Counted from the stretch's first letter, positions 14,116 to 28,355 are shown. The stretch is DNA of 64,000 nucleotides from Paraspadella gotoi (GCA_051294375.1 CM119264.1:17062278-17126277), one strand, 5' to 3'. Notes: generated by a model not told the origin, from the letters alone. Translations and numbers: made by a program.

Positions 14116-17100
14116 CTCTCTCTCCTCTCTCTCTCTCTCTCTCTCGTTGTCTCTCTCTTTCTCTCTCTCTCTACTTTTATCTTTCTCTTTTACTGTTTTC
14201 CCTATATATATACATTTGGTTTTTTATTTTTCCTTTTTTTTATATGTTTTCGTTGTTTTATTATGATGGAATTTAAACGAATTGAATCGATAAATCGTGT
14301 TTAGTCGGGAAATGGAACGAAGGGAAAAAAGACTTCTCTCGAAGAAAATTTTCTTTTCTTGCATGAAAAGGTAGAACAATTTTATGGCGGCTAAATAAAA
14401 GCCAATATGTTTTTTTTTGATTTCAACTATAGAAACGAACGGGGGTTAGTGTACATTTTCTAAATTTAGGCCTTCTCTTACCCTTTATTGTTTGTATTGG
14501 TTTCGTTCCGTTATTTCTTTTACTTTTGTTGGTTTGGACGTCAAGTTTTCTCTGCGTTGGAAAAACATAAAAGTATGGACGTGTTGGTTGCATATGAGTA
14601 TAAAAAGTATGGACGTGTTGGTTGCTCGTTCCTACTTAGGGAAAACAATTAATTTTTGATTTCAAAAACGAGCCGCAAAAATGATGTAAAATTTTAATTT
14701 TACACCAACAACAATCGAAAGGAATAAGTGAAAACTTAATTATTTTTAAAATGATTCCCTTTTAATTAAGATGTGAAGTTCTTCTTTTAACGTCCATCCT
14801 CATGCACAGTTAGTATAATGATTAAAAAGCTCAATTTATAATGGAGTTCTTCTGACACATTTAAGGTCACTTAGTCTTTATCCTTTTCATCTGTTATGTG
14901 TCTCTCATCCTCATTATTTCTCCTATTCTTACTTTTGTAAGTTTTGTTGTTATATTCTTTTTCTTCATGGAGATGAATAGAAACTTATGTCGAAAACTAT
15001 ATGAACAATTTTAAATTTTTCTTTTTTTTGCACTGGCCGTCCATTATGAAATTATTGATTTTAATCATATGACAGTTAGTTGTCGTACTAGTCCTGTACA
15101 CTTTAATTCGTTATATCGCATTTCCTTCGTCCTTTCTTCCTTATTTCTTCTCCTCCTTTCAGTCCTTTCTAAGTGTTTGCTCAGCTTCGTTGATTTTTAT
15201 ATGGCTTCCATATTGACGCTACATTTGTCTGTCGATGACTTCCGCCGTCCTGCGCGGGTGTGGAGGAGTAGCCCTCATGTTGAGAGAGAGGAGAGCAAAA
15301 TGTGGCGGAAAAAAAGCGTCATGGGTGATGATTTCATTGGTTTTGAGTAATTATATTCTCTAAATGCGGTCATGAGGTGCTTGATTTTCGGTGAAGGCTT
15401 TCAGGGTGCGACATTAATTTAGTGGAAACGGCGACGATTTACGGAGCGAGTTGAGTGATCTGTTCATTCAATAAGCTCTTGGTTGTCAGTTTCTATTCTC
15501 GTATATTTATTATATTCTATTTTATACGCAACGTGTTGTTTGACTTATATTAGAAATCTTCTTTTCAGCTCCAAAATGGTACAAAATATTTTTAAACGGG
15601 TTGTATCAATCATATCAATAGCTTTCGTAATAGATACATGTTTATTTTGGTCAATTTTCCAACTATATCGATTTGATCGTATATTTAATAAAAGGAAATT
15701 ATCTGATTCCATTCCATTTAGCACGAGAATTGCAAGCCAAAAAAAAATTAAAAAGAATTTGCTCAACTACAAGCTAGCGTAAATTTTATGATATGGTAAG
15801 AGATGGAACTGTTGAGTATTCCGAGAGGGACAGAGATTTGTTTGTTAGTTCAAGAAGATGAGTTTAGTCTACGGTTAAGGTTGTTTTAAAATCATTGGAA
15901 CTCGTAACATGGTGGATGGCCGCCGAAGATGCAATGAGAGGGATAAAGATCAGTGAGAAGAGTAAAAATGACGATGAGGCAAAAATGAGGGAGTCGATTA
16001 TGATTTTTGTCAAACAAAATAGCGGGAATGGTAGCGAAAACTAAATATGGATGAGCTCGAAGGAATGTTTTGGGAGAAAAGGATAACGGAAGGAGTGGAA
16101 AATTCTGTGGACGAAAGAAGAATAGAAGGTGATAAATATAAAGAGGAAGGTAGGAAATAGGAGGGAAAACTTACGAAGGGAGATTCTGAAGGGTTTTTTG
16201 AAGAACAAAAAAATAGGACCAAGATGTGAAAAACTCGGCGGGGAAAAAGAAGGGAATTGGAAAGGGAAATGAAGACGAGAAAATGGGTAAGAAGTGGAAA
16301 AAAAAGGACATTGGAACAGGAGAAAAATGAAGAGAGAAAATGGGTTAAGAATGTGAAAAAAATAGAGTTGACGTAAAACGTTTAAACAAACTCTTGAGAA
16401 ATCTCAATATACTTTTTCAGAGAAATTTTTTTTTTTTGATGAATCATCATTATATCTCAATCTCTGTGAAATGTTCTACTGGAAATAACCAAAATCTCAC
16501 TTCACAACTAATCACCATTCAAGATTGAACATTTTTTTTACATTTTTTTTTCTTCAATTATTTTGGGGGGTATATTCCCGACTTTTTTCATCGTTCTTTC
16601 TTCATTCACTTAATTTCTCTTCTACTCTCTATCTTTCTATTTTCCTTCTGTCTACGATACTCCATAGCTTTCTTTTTTCTATCAGCCGTCTTGATTGTCA
16701 GTCTTTTATTGCAACGATTTCATCTTAAGTTCAGCTTTCAGGGCAATTTGAGTGAGGAATCTCAGATTTTTTTGTATCGACCTAATCAGGATTCGCTGAG
16801 ACACTAACGAGGGGCCAATGAGATCGAGCTGCGGGGAGATAAGAAGCCACAACGGACGCCTGGAACCAATGAGGAAGTTCCAGGGTAAATCACTTGTCAT
16901 TTACCCTTCCTCTCTTCTTTCTCTCTTTCTCTCTCCCTCTTCTCTCTTCTCTCTCTCTCTCTCTCTCTTCTCTCGTCTCTCTCTCTCAGGGCAGGCCTCA
17001 CTGGCTGTTGCCTCCCGGCGAAATTGATTAATTAAAAAGCCCCCATGAAAACTCGGGTGATGGATGAAGAGTTTACATGTTTCAACCCAGATTTTTTTCC

Positions 17101-17203
17101 AGTACTGCGTTATTTTCCCCTATATACCCTGGAAAGGGAGAGGGAAGCTTTTGAGGATCATTTTCTCTCTCTTCGCTTCTCTCTCTCTCATCTCTCTTCT
17201 TCT

Positions 17204-17260
<57 letters not shown>

Positions 17261-19416
17261 AGAAAATGACGAAAGCGATTGAGCGCGTTGAGTGTTTAAC
17301 CTTCGCTTGTATGCTCCGGTTTTTTTTCCTCTTCTGCGTCGTTAATTTTTGTAATCTAGCTTAATGAAAACGACGCTCTTTTTTTTCCCTGATTTTTCAT
17401 TGCGCTCATTTGTTCTCTAGTTAAATTAATACGTGGACTCTTTCTGGAGAGGCTGAACGAATTTCATCGGCCTTAATGATAAAAGTATTTTGCTGGTTGT
17501 GGAGAAACCCACTTGTGTTTACGTTTTGTTTTTGTTCGAACATTTTATTGTTAGTGATTTACTTTTATGTTATAAGGTGACGATAACTGTGATTTCCAGG
17601 ACTCTGAGAGCGGTTTACCTTGTGGGAGAGGCGGTGAAACTTTTTGTTTGTATGGTGTTAAATACTTAAGGGACATTCAATCTTATTGCTACGTTTTCAT
17701 TCTTTAGTAACATATCAGAGCTGATTCGTTTTTCTCAAAGTTGCAAAAAATTTTGCTTCTTCTCGCCATCATTCATGCATTCTCTGCTTTCGAATCTTTT
17801 CTTCGATTCTTCCTCTTTCTTGTTTCATAATTTTCCATCTTCTATTGGATTTCAAGTCTTGACGTTTCGATAAATTTTCATGAATTGAAACCGTAAAAGT
17901 GAACTAAAAAAAGATACGTAAAGTAGGTAACGTGATTTAGTCGTTAAAGAAATACATGTCTGGGGGAAACGTGAAGGAACCAAGCGGAAAGTTGGAGAAA
18001 GTTTTCTTGTTTCTAAATGTATTGAGGAAAGAACTTTAAAAAAAGATTCGTTATTCAACTAAATCGAGAGATTGTCGTCGTCGCCGTCGTCGTCGTCGCG
18101 TCGCCGGCCGACGTCCGAGTTTATTTCTGTTTATTTGGTCGGCGTCCGCATTTGGCAGTCCACGGCGCGATCAAAATATTTAGTTTGATTTGCTGGTTTT
18201 CGACGCTCGGAGGCGGTTGGAGGCTACAAACATCTTTTGTCTACGGGCGAAGGGACCGGGTTCCTCGAATGATATGGACGCGTGAGGGAAATGGGAGCGA
18301 GGAGGCTGGAAGGGCTGGGGAGGCCGCGTCGCCAAAAACATCGTTCCCGAAAACATTGAAGACCCCGATTTTCTCGCTCAAGGTTCTTTTTTGGAGAATG
18401 TTAGATTAGGAATAATAAATAAATTTATTTGTTTGTTGGCGATTATTGCGCCGAACCTCTTGCGATGATTTTTTCCCTATTATTCTTTGTCACGTTAAAT
18501 TTAAAAATAACAATCAGTTTAAAATTTTATCGTTAGAATATACATCCCACAATAAATAATATTTGATTTTTAAAACTGTTTTCCTCACTTACTCTCCCCT
18601 TACAGTGTTAACTTCTCTTCCTTTCTTCACTTACGGTTGGTCTGTCCATTGGTCAGGTCTGTCGGTCGGTATGTCTGTCCGTCGGTCTAGTCCACCTTAG
18701 TTTAAAAATGAACATATTTGCCTATAGTTATGTGCTCATTTTGTTAAAGACAGAAAAACGACTCAAATTAAAGGGATCTGCGACGCCTTCAGAATCCTTA
18801 AATATAAAGAATAAAGACGGAATTTCTGATGCCGTGCCCCAATTGTCATAAATACAAGGGCTAGAAAGTTATTGTAGTCATGTCGTATTCACATGTCCCA
18901 CGTTACGTCATGTCATGTATGTAATGTCACGAGAATAGCGTTGAACATGAAGGTCACTGCGGAGCGCAACACATTGGGGTGAAACCGATTCTTGTTTCTT
19001 GTCTTAAATCATTCCCGTTCTTTTCCGACCTTCCATTCTTTGATTCCCATCTCTCTTCCTGTCGGATTCCCTGCTTTCCTTTCCTTTCCCTTTCCTTTCC
19101 TTTCCTTTCCTTTCCTTTCCTATTCCTTTCCTTTCCTTTCCTTTCTTTCTTCCTTTCTTCTTTTCCTTTTTCTATTTTCTCATTCTTTTACAGTATGATT
19201 TTTCTTTGCTTCCTGTTCGATTGGCCCTAGTCGCTCTCCTTTTTGATTACGTTTTTTGGGCCGCGTTCGGGTTTTTTTTCTGCTCTCTGGTATTTGTAGT
19301 ATTTTTTTGATGCGTTCCAGCATTATATTACTGCATTTATTTGCTTTGCTTTCTCTTTTTTCGTTGACTCTCATCGTAATGACAAAGGAAGATTCTATGA
19401 TGAGAATAGCCGGCAA

Positions 19417-19457
<41 letters not shown>

Positions 19458-19471
19458 GAGAGAGAGGAGAG

Positions 19472-19514
<43 letters not shown>

Positions 19515-21709
19515 AACTGGCTGGAGAAGAAATATGACTGAAAAGTGGATGGTTGATGGTTGGAGATCGCGTGTCATCAAGTCCTGAGCGTCAGACGAAA
19601 TGACGAAATGATTATTGATGATCGCCCATGAGAAGTTGTACCATGGATCCATGAAATCGAAAATATAGCTCAGGTTTCTTATTTTCAAATACGAGACTTT
19701 CAAGTTAAATAGATCACTATGAGTAAATAAAAAAGTTTTGTGATTTTAAATTAAATAAAAGAATCAGCGAAGCAAAATACGTCTGATACCGGCGCAGGAA
19801 AAGATGACACATACAAAGGATAAAGGCGTGGTTTGCAAAACAAAAAAAATAAGTTTTGTTACATAGGTCATAAGAGTAACAATAGTAACACGAAAAAATA
19901 ATCTAAACAAATAAATATTAATTAAATCAACAAATTGCGCATTGAAAGATAGCGGTTCTGTTAAAGAAGTGAAGATGTAACGGATTGAAAAAATAAAAGA
20001 TATGAAACAAGGTAAAATTTTGCTTTTTATATTGAAATAACCCGTGAAAAAACAAAAGTTTTTTAAAAACGCCGGATTTTGTAGTATAAAAAATCATTTA
20101 ACTTGTTTTGCAGATTTCCAAGAACATATGTTATTCGAGTGAAGAAAAGCTCAGATTAAAATTTTATATGTAGGAAAGAGTCACAAAAAACGAGATATTT
20201 CCTTATGAATATTATATTGATTTATCAGGTTTGGTTGAAAATAAAAAATAAGAATAAGCAAGAACTCGAAAGAACTACGAAAGACCATAAATTTAGTTCA
20301 GATATAATTTATCGTTAGTTTAATTATGATTTAAAATAAAGCAGGAGTGAAAGATGAAAGACGCTGTTTATGGCAGCTATATTTGTGAAACTATAGTATA
20401 GAAGCCCATGATAGAGGACTATATGAAATATTTCCTATTTCTTCGGCTTTTGATTTCTTTCCATTTACTTAATTTGTTTAGCAAGTTCAAAATATAAATT
20501 TTTACTTAATAGGTATTTAAAAAATTAAGAAACGTAATAAAGTGTTTCGAGGAGCGAAGTTCTTAATAATTCAACAATTTCTTATAAATTAAACTATGTA
20601 TTCTGGTGACTCGAGGGTTTAATGTTAATATTCTCAACTGCGGTCAATTAAAAAACTAACATTTTTTTCTGTACTCCGTCTTCGTTTTTTTAATTTTTAA
20701 GTAATTTGTAATAAATTAGATTATCTTTTCAAATTTTTCTGAGTAAAATCTAAAGCTTTGGCTTCCATTCGTGACGTTGGGGACGTCAGTGTGAGTCGCA
20801 AAAAAAAACTGGAGATGAAAAAAAAAAAGGGTTGCGGGCACTAAAGAAAAAGGGGTCGGAGGGAGTCGCGGGCGGAAAAACAGAGAGAGGAGACGAGACG
20901 AGAGGAGAGAGAGAGAATTGAGAGAGGAGAGAGAGAGAGAGGAGAGAGAGGAGAGGACGAGACGAGGAGAGAACGTCTTCTTTTCAATATATCTTAATTC
21001 TTTTAATCGCTTTTTCCCTCACCTTCTTCCCACAATAAACCTTCACTGCGCCCAGTTCAATTATTTTTCTCTCTCTCTCTCCCCTCTCTCTCTCTCTCTC
21101 TCTCTCATATTCCTCTCTCTCTTCTCTTCTCTCTCTCTCTTCTCTCTCTCTCTCTATCCTCGCGCGCGCTTTCCCCTCTCTTTTCTCATCCATCTATTTT
21201 TCCCTCCCTTTCTGGTTCCATGCATCGTCCTCCTCTTCCGCTTCCTTCCGTCTCCTTCCATTCGCCTCTCTCTCCTCTTCTCCCACCTCTCTTTTTTTCT
21301 CCTCTCCTCCTGCTCTTCCTACGCCCGGTGCTCTCATCGCTCCAGACTCAGAGTCCTTCTCCATTTCCGAGCGACGTTGGACTAAGAACTCCGCGTCCCA
21401 GGTTTTTCGTCGTCGTCGGCGACGTTATGTCTTTTTATTGCGTCGTCATCATCGTCTTTTTCGCGGCTACAACGAAGCGGCTGCGTTTAACGTTTTACTC
21501 AGATTGAAATACTTTTTGGTTTCTATTTTTTTTTTTTTTTTTTTTTGTATTTTTTTTAAATTTATTTGGTTTTTTGTTTTGTATCTTTGTATTTTGATCT
21601 TTTTTGCTTGTTTTTTGTTCATTTTTTTTATAATGATACTATTTTTTTCTTTCATTACTTTATTCTGATTTAGTCAGTATCATACTCTCTCTTCTCTTTC
21701 TCTCTCTCT
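7706..21709 (+). repeat. Arm 1 of a ~14 kb inverted duplication (segment B)
   Basis: Colinear reverse-complement match to ~24500-39493 (e.g. aagacggcgctccc at 7706 vs gggagcgccgtctt ending at 39493); the differences are mostly 1-2 nt indels. Confidence 0.95.
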
Positions 21710-21734
21710 NNNNNNNNNNNNNNNNNNNNNNNNN
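21710..21734. other. Assembly gap (25 N)
   Basis: Run of n. Confidence 1.
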
Positions 21735-22015
21735 AAAAAAAAAAAAAAAAATAGAACCAAAAAGTATTTCATCTGAGTAAAAAACGTTTAAGCGCAGCCG
21801 CTTCGTTTGGTAGCCGCGAAAAAAGACGATGATGACGACGACGATTAGAAAGACGATGACGTCGCCGACGACGACGAAAAACTCTGGGAGCGCGGAGTCT
21901 TAGTCCAACGTCGCTGGAAATGGGAGAAGGAACTCTGAGTCTGGAGGCGATGAGAGCACCGGGCGTTGAGGAGGAGGAGGAGGAGGAGGAGGAAAAAAGA
22001 GGAGGTGGCGGAGGA
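21735..22015 (-). repeat. Gap-flanked islet, reverse complement of ~21275-21550 (third copy at ~24660-24950)
   Basis: gtcttagtccaacgtcgc matches the reverse complement of gcgacgttggactaaga at ~21371. Confidence 0.88.
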
Positions 22016-22040
22016 NNNNNNNNNNNNNNNNNNNNNNNNN
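22016..22040. other. Assembly gap (25 N)
   Basis: Run of n. Confidence 1.
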
Positions 22041-24430
22041 AAGAAGATGAGATGAAACCTGTCTGCAAATGCTGTTCTACAAAAAAGTAAATCCTTATTC
22101 CTAAACAAGTTTACCATTCTATCATTAATAAGTTTAAAGTCATTACCCTATCTTCACTCTAGCGAGCACCCAGAAATTTCAAACTTTATTAACATTTACC
22201 ACATAAAATCTCCGGAAGCAAATTATTAAACACTCGCCCGTTTTTTTTCTCGGGTCAGTAAAATACACCTTGCGAAGTAAGGCTCCTCACGAACCGAATC
22301 CACCACACTGGGTTGGCTCATACCAAAACCCGGGAACAGGCGCGGGCAAGAAAGTGTGGGTTGCCGGGAGAGATTCGCCGAGGGAAAGACCTTCGGATCG
22401 AAGATAAGAAAAAGAAATAAAAAGTAAATATTATGTGGCCGATACCCGAAGTTATAAACCGATCGTCGAAAGAGGAAGGAAATGCCTCATAACAAAGTTG
22501 ACAAATCGTCCTTACGTCGCATCTTTTCGGTCCCTTTTTCCGCCTCTCCTCCGAAACATTCCTTTGTCGACGGCGTCGTCGGGGCCAGCTTTGAATCGGG
22601 GTTGCCGGGTGCTGTTCGCACGGGCGCGGAGTTTTCCTGCATTTGGGAAGCGTTCTCCATCAGAGCGAAGCGAATTCCGAGACCTCCAATCGTCGTCGGG
22701 GGAATCTTTCATTTCAGCTTGTACAAGTTCCTCTTGCGCTCCACTTTTCCTCCTATTCCGATCTTATCTCTCTCTCTTTCTTCCTTACTTGGCCTCTTCC
22801 TCACTTTTTCTACTCCTCTTTATCCTTCACTCTTCTTCCTCTTCTATCTTCCTCCTTAAGAATTTTTTCTTCTCTCATTGAACTCCTTGAGGGTGTCCTT
22901 CCCCTAATATTTACCGGCGAATTATTCTCTTCCCATTTTTTTCCCTTTAAGAACGTTAGTACATTAACCTCGAAATTCGCAGAGTCATTTTCTCCTCTCT
23001 AAATTCCCTATCCATTTAACTCCATTTACGTACCAACAGACTCCACCCGCTTCCATCCAAACATTGCTAAAACCTGCTCCCCCTCATCGTCCCATCCCCA
23101 ATCCCAATCCCCAATCCCCAATCCCCCGTTTAAGTCGTCAATCCCACCTCTCTCCTCTGAATCCGTTGCTTCCTCGCTTAGCATTGAAGTTGGCGCGGAT
23201 TCATGCAAGGGCGGACTCGGCGCAGCTGCCACCGGCTTTTCATTTGTTTTCGTGCTCTGTTGCCGAGTTCAGTCAACCCTCACCTCGAAATAAAATCGAA
23301 TTTATAAATATAATTAATTTCCGGTCCCCGCCATATTCCCCGTTTTAATTTTTATTTTGAATCCACTCAAATTTAACAACGAACGAACAAATAACGAAAC
23401 AATGAAGAATGAATGAGTTAAGGAATGAATAATAAAGATTGATGATTGAATGAATAGTAATTAATGAATAATAACGAAAGTACAAATGAACAAACGAGAG
23501 AAACGAACATGGATTTCCACTGTTACGAACAGAAGAGATTGCGGCTCGTTGGAGAAAACTAATCTTAACGACCACAGCATAAATAAATAAACTCTAGTTT
23601 GGAAAGAGAGAGAGAGAGAGTGAGAGGATGAGAAGAGAAGAAGACAGAGAGAGTAGAGGGATAAAGAAAGAGAAATGAAGAGAAATGAAGAGAGAGAGAG
23701 AGAAGATGACAGAGAGAGAGAGAGAGAGAGAGCAGAAGAGAAGAGAGTGTACGAGAAGAGGAGATAGAGAGAAAAAAAATATGATCTTATCGACAAACAG
23801 AGAGAGAGAAAGATCAGCATCGCAGAGAGAGAATGAAGAGAGACCAATGTTATCCCATTTTTCTCACACTTGGACCGTCGAAAAAAAATAACCTCGTTTG
23901 TTTTTTCGTTTTATTCCCGCTTTTCTATTTGGTATCTGCTTCTCTAAATCCCAATCGTAAATAATATATGAAAACGTTGAAAAACTACGGATAACATCCG
24001 TGAAAATATTTTCAACAGAAAGAATTTACAGAATGAAAAACTAGACGAGAGGCAATTACAGTTAAAGATGGGCGCAGGATCTTGAAAAAATACGATAGGG
24101 TTGACTATTAAAAACTATATAAGGCGGTAAAAAAAACTTTAAGAATAACAGCAAAACGTAAAAAATAAATAATAAAAGAAAGAAAAGGGAAATGCTTATT
24201 TAATTAAAAAAAAAAAACACAACATAAAGAGACCTAGAGTAGAGAGAAAGTGCAGACAAAGCAAATTATTTGGGAGGAGAGAGAAGAAATCACTCTCCGA
24301 TAGAAACACGAGGAATAATAGTAAACAAATCAGCCGGCTGCGGGTATAGAAAACACAAGCGGAAGAAAAAGAAAAAAAATAGGATTGTACACACAGAAGT
24401 AAATAGAAAATTCATGGCCGGCGTAGGAGA
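22041..24430 (+). repeat. Noisy direct duplicate of 5230-7670 (segment A')
   Basis: Same order of landmarks (gggcaagaaagtgtggg, ccccaat array, tgaa repeat, aaattcatggc). Deletion-rich at the start and insertion-rich at the end, like a raw long read. Confidence 0.93.
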
Positions 24431-26715
24431 CTGAGTAGGAGTCAGATAGGAGAGAGCAGAGAGAGTTAGCAGAACGAAGAGAGAGAGAGAGAGAAAGAGA
24501 GAGGGAGTATAGATACTGACTAAATTCTAGAATAAAAGTATGAAAGAAAAAAAATAGTATCATTATTAGAGAAAATGAACAAAGGAATATTCAAGCAAAA
24601 AATGATTCAAGATACAAAGATACAAAACAAAAAACCAAATATACATAAAAAAATACAAAAATAAATAAAAAAAATAGAAACCAAAAAGTATCAATTGGAG
24701 TAAACGTTAAACGAGGAGTTCAAGTTAAGGTAAGCCGCGAAAGACCGTGCGATTGTAGCCGACGAAAACGATGGAATGAAAATGAGACAAACGAGTACGC
24801 CCGAGGTACGCACGACAGAAACCTTGGGACGGCGGAGTCTTCAGTCGGCAACGTCGCTGGAAATGGAGAAGGACTCTGAGCTGGAGCGATGAGAGCTACC
24901 GGGCGTTAGGAAGAGAGGAGAGAGAGGAGAAAAAGAGAGGATGGGAGGAGAGAGGAGGAGGGGAGAGGCGATGGAAGGAGACGGAGAGGAAGCTGGAAGA
25001 GGAGGACGATGTCATGGAACCAGGAAAAGGGAGGGAAAAAATGAGTGGATGAGAAAGTAGAGGGGAAGCGCGCCGCGAGGGATAGAGAAGAGAGACGAGA
25101 GAGAGAGAGAGAAGAGAAGAGAGAGAGAGAGATAGAGAGAGAAGAGAGGGAGACGAACGAGGTGAGAGAGAGAGAGAAAAATAATTGAAACTCGGGCGCA
25201 GTGAAGTGTTTTATTGTAGGGAAGAAGGTGCAGGGAGTAAATGTCAGATTAAAAGATATGATGATAGTGGTGAAAAGAAGAATTCGACTACTCCTCTCCT
25301 CTCTCGTCCTCTCTCACTCTTCCTCTTCGTCTCTCTCCAGTCTCTCATCTCCTCTCTCTCTCCTCCCTCGTCTCGTCTCCTCTCTCTGTTTTTCCGCCCG
25401 CGACTCCCTCCGTAGTGCCCACCCCTTTTTTTCATCTCCAGTTTTTTTTTGCGACTCACGCTGTGACGTCCCTCAACGTCAGCGAATGGAAGCCAAAGCT
25501 TTAGATTTTACTCAGAAAATTTGAAAAGATAACTCTATGTATTACAAATTTTTACTTTAAAATTAAAAAACGAAGACGGAGTTACAGAAAAAAATTGTTT
25601 AGTTTTTATTGACGGCAGTTGAGAATATTAACATTAAACCCTCGAGTCACCAGAATACATAGTTTATTTTATAAGAAATTGTTGAATTATTAAGAACTTT
25701 CTCCTCGAAACACGTTTATTACGTTTCTTAATTTTTTTTAAATACCTATTGAAGTAAAAATTTATATTTTGAACGTTGCTAAACAAATTAGTAAATTTGG
25801 GAAAGAAATCAAGCCCGAAGAAATAGGGAATATTTCAGTATAGTCTCTTACATGGGCTTCTTACTATATTTTCACAAGATAAGCGCCATACAGCGTCTTC
25901 ATCTTTCACTCCTCTTTATTTTAAATCATAATTAAACTAACGATGAAATTTATATTCTGAACTAAATTTATGGTCTTTCGAGTTCTTTCGAGTTCTTGCT
26001 TATTCTTATTTTTTATTTTCGACCCAAACCGATAAACTTAAAAACAAAGGAAAATCCGTTTTTGACTCTTTTCCTACAATAAAATTTAATCTGAGCTTCT
26101 TCACCGAAAACATTGGAAATTCTGCAAAACAAGTAAATGATTTTTTTACTACAAAATCCGGCGTTTTTAAAACTTTTGTTTTTTCACGGTGTTATTTCAA
26201 TATAAAAAATGCAAATTTACTTGTTTCACTATCTTTATTTTTTCAATCCGTTACATCTTTCACTTCTTTTAACAGACCGCTATCTCAATGCGCAATTTGA
26301 ATAATATTATTTGTTTTAGCTTATTTTTCGTTGTTACTATTTGTTAACTCTTTTAGACCTGTAACAATAACTTTATTTTTTTTTGTTTGCAAACCACGCC
26401 TTTATCTTTGTATTGTCATTCTTTTCTCTGCGCCGGTATCAGAACGTATTTTTTGCTTCGCTGATTCTTTTATTAATTTTAAATCACAAAACTTTTTTAT
26501 TTTTACTCATAGGTAATCTATTTAACTTGAAAGCCGATTGAAAATAAGAAAACCTGAGGCAGATTTCGGATTTCATGGATCCATGGTACAACTTCTCATG
26601 GGCGGATCATCAATAATCATTTCGTCATTTCGTCTGACGCTCGACTTTGATGCCACGCTGATCCTCAACCATCAACCATCCACTTTTCCAGTCATATTTT
26701 CTTCCCAGGCCAGTT

Positions 26716-26747
<32 letters not shown>

Positions 26748-26772
26748 NNNNNNNNNNNNNNNNNNNNNNNNN
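26748..26772. other. Assembly gap (25 N)
   Basis: Run of n. Confidence 1.
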
Positions 26773-26784
26773 AAAAAAAAGAGA

Positions 26785-28010
26785 GAGATTTTGAAAAGAA
26801 TAACTCTATGTTTTACAAATTTTTACTGTTAAAAATTAAAAAACGAAGACGGAGTTACAAGAAAAAATGTGTTTAGTTTTTATTGACGGGCAGTTTGAGA
26901 ATATTAACATTAAACCCTCGAGTCACCAGAATACATAGTTTATTTTATAAGAAATTGTTGAATTATTAAGAACTTTCTCCTCGAAACACGTTTATTAACG
27001 TTTCTCTTAATTTTTTTTAAATACCTATTGAAGTAAAAATTTATATTTTGAACGTTGCTAAACAATTTAGTAAATTTGGAAAGAAATCAAGCCCGAAGAA
27101 ATAGGGAATATTTCAGTATAGTCTCTTACATGGGCTTCTTACTATATTTTGCACAAGATAAGCTGCCATACAGCGTCTTCATCTTTCACTCCTCTTTATT
27201 TTAAATCATAATTAAACTAACGATGAAAATTTATATTCTGAACTAAATTTATGGTCTTTCGAGTTCTTTCGAGTTCTTGCTTATTCTTATTTTTATTTTT
27301 CGACCCAAACCGATAAACTTAAAAAAACAAAGGAAATCCGTTTTTTGACTCTTTTCCTACAATAAAATTTAAATCTGAGCTTCTTCACCGAAAACATTGG
27401 AAATTCTGCAAAACAAGTAAATGATTTTTTTACTACAAAATCCGGCGTTTTTAAAACTTTTGTTTTTTCACGGTGTTATTTCAATATAAAAATGCAAATT
27501 TACTTGTTTCACTATCTATCTTTATTTTTTCAATCCGTTACATCTTTCACTTCTTTTAACAGACCGCTATCTCAATGCGCAATTTGAATAATATTATTTG
27601 TTTTAGCTTATTTTTCGTTGTTACTATTTGTTAACTCTTTTAGACCTGTAACAATAACTTTATTTTTTTTGTTTGCAAACCACGCCTTTTATCTTTGTAT
27701 TGTCATTCTTTTCTCTGCGCGCCGGTATCAGAACGTATTTTTTGCTTCGCTGATTCTTTTATTAATTTTAAATCACAAAACTTTTTTATTTTTACTCATA
27801 GGTAATCTATTTAACTTGAAAGCCGATTGAAAATAAGAAAACCTGAGGCAGATTTCGGATTTCATGGATCCATGGTACAAACTTCTCATGGGCGGATCAT
27901 CAATAATCATTTCGTCATTCCGTCTGACGCTCGACTTTGATGCCACGCTGATCCTCAACCATCAACCATCCACTTTTCAGTCATATTTCTTCCCAGGGCC
28001 AGTTTGAATT
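26785..28010 (+). repeat. Tandem duplicate of 25517-26747 across a 25-N gap
   Basis: Near-identical sequence on both sides of gap 26748-26772. Confidence 0.93.
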
Positions 28011-28062
28011 CTCTCTCTCTCTTCTCTCTCTCTCTTCTCTCGTCTCTCTCTCTCTCTCCTCT

Positions 28063-28109
<47 letters not shown>

Positions 28110-28355
28110 GCTCTCTTTGCCGGCTATCTCATCATAGAATCTTCTTTGTCCATTACGAGAGAGCAACGAAAAAAGAGAAAGCAAAGCAAATAAATGCCAG
28201 AATAATGCTGGAACGCATCAAAAAATAGTACAAATACCAGAGAAGAAGAAAAAACCCGAACGCGTCCAAAAAACGGTATCAAGAGAGCGACTGAGGCCAT
28301 CGGAGCAGCGAAGCAAAGAATAACTGTAAAAGAAGAGAAAATAGAAAAAGGAAAA

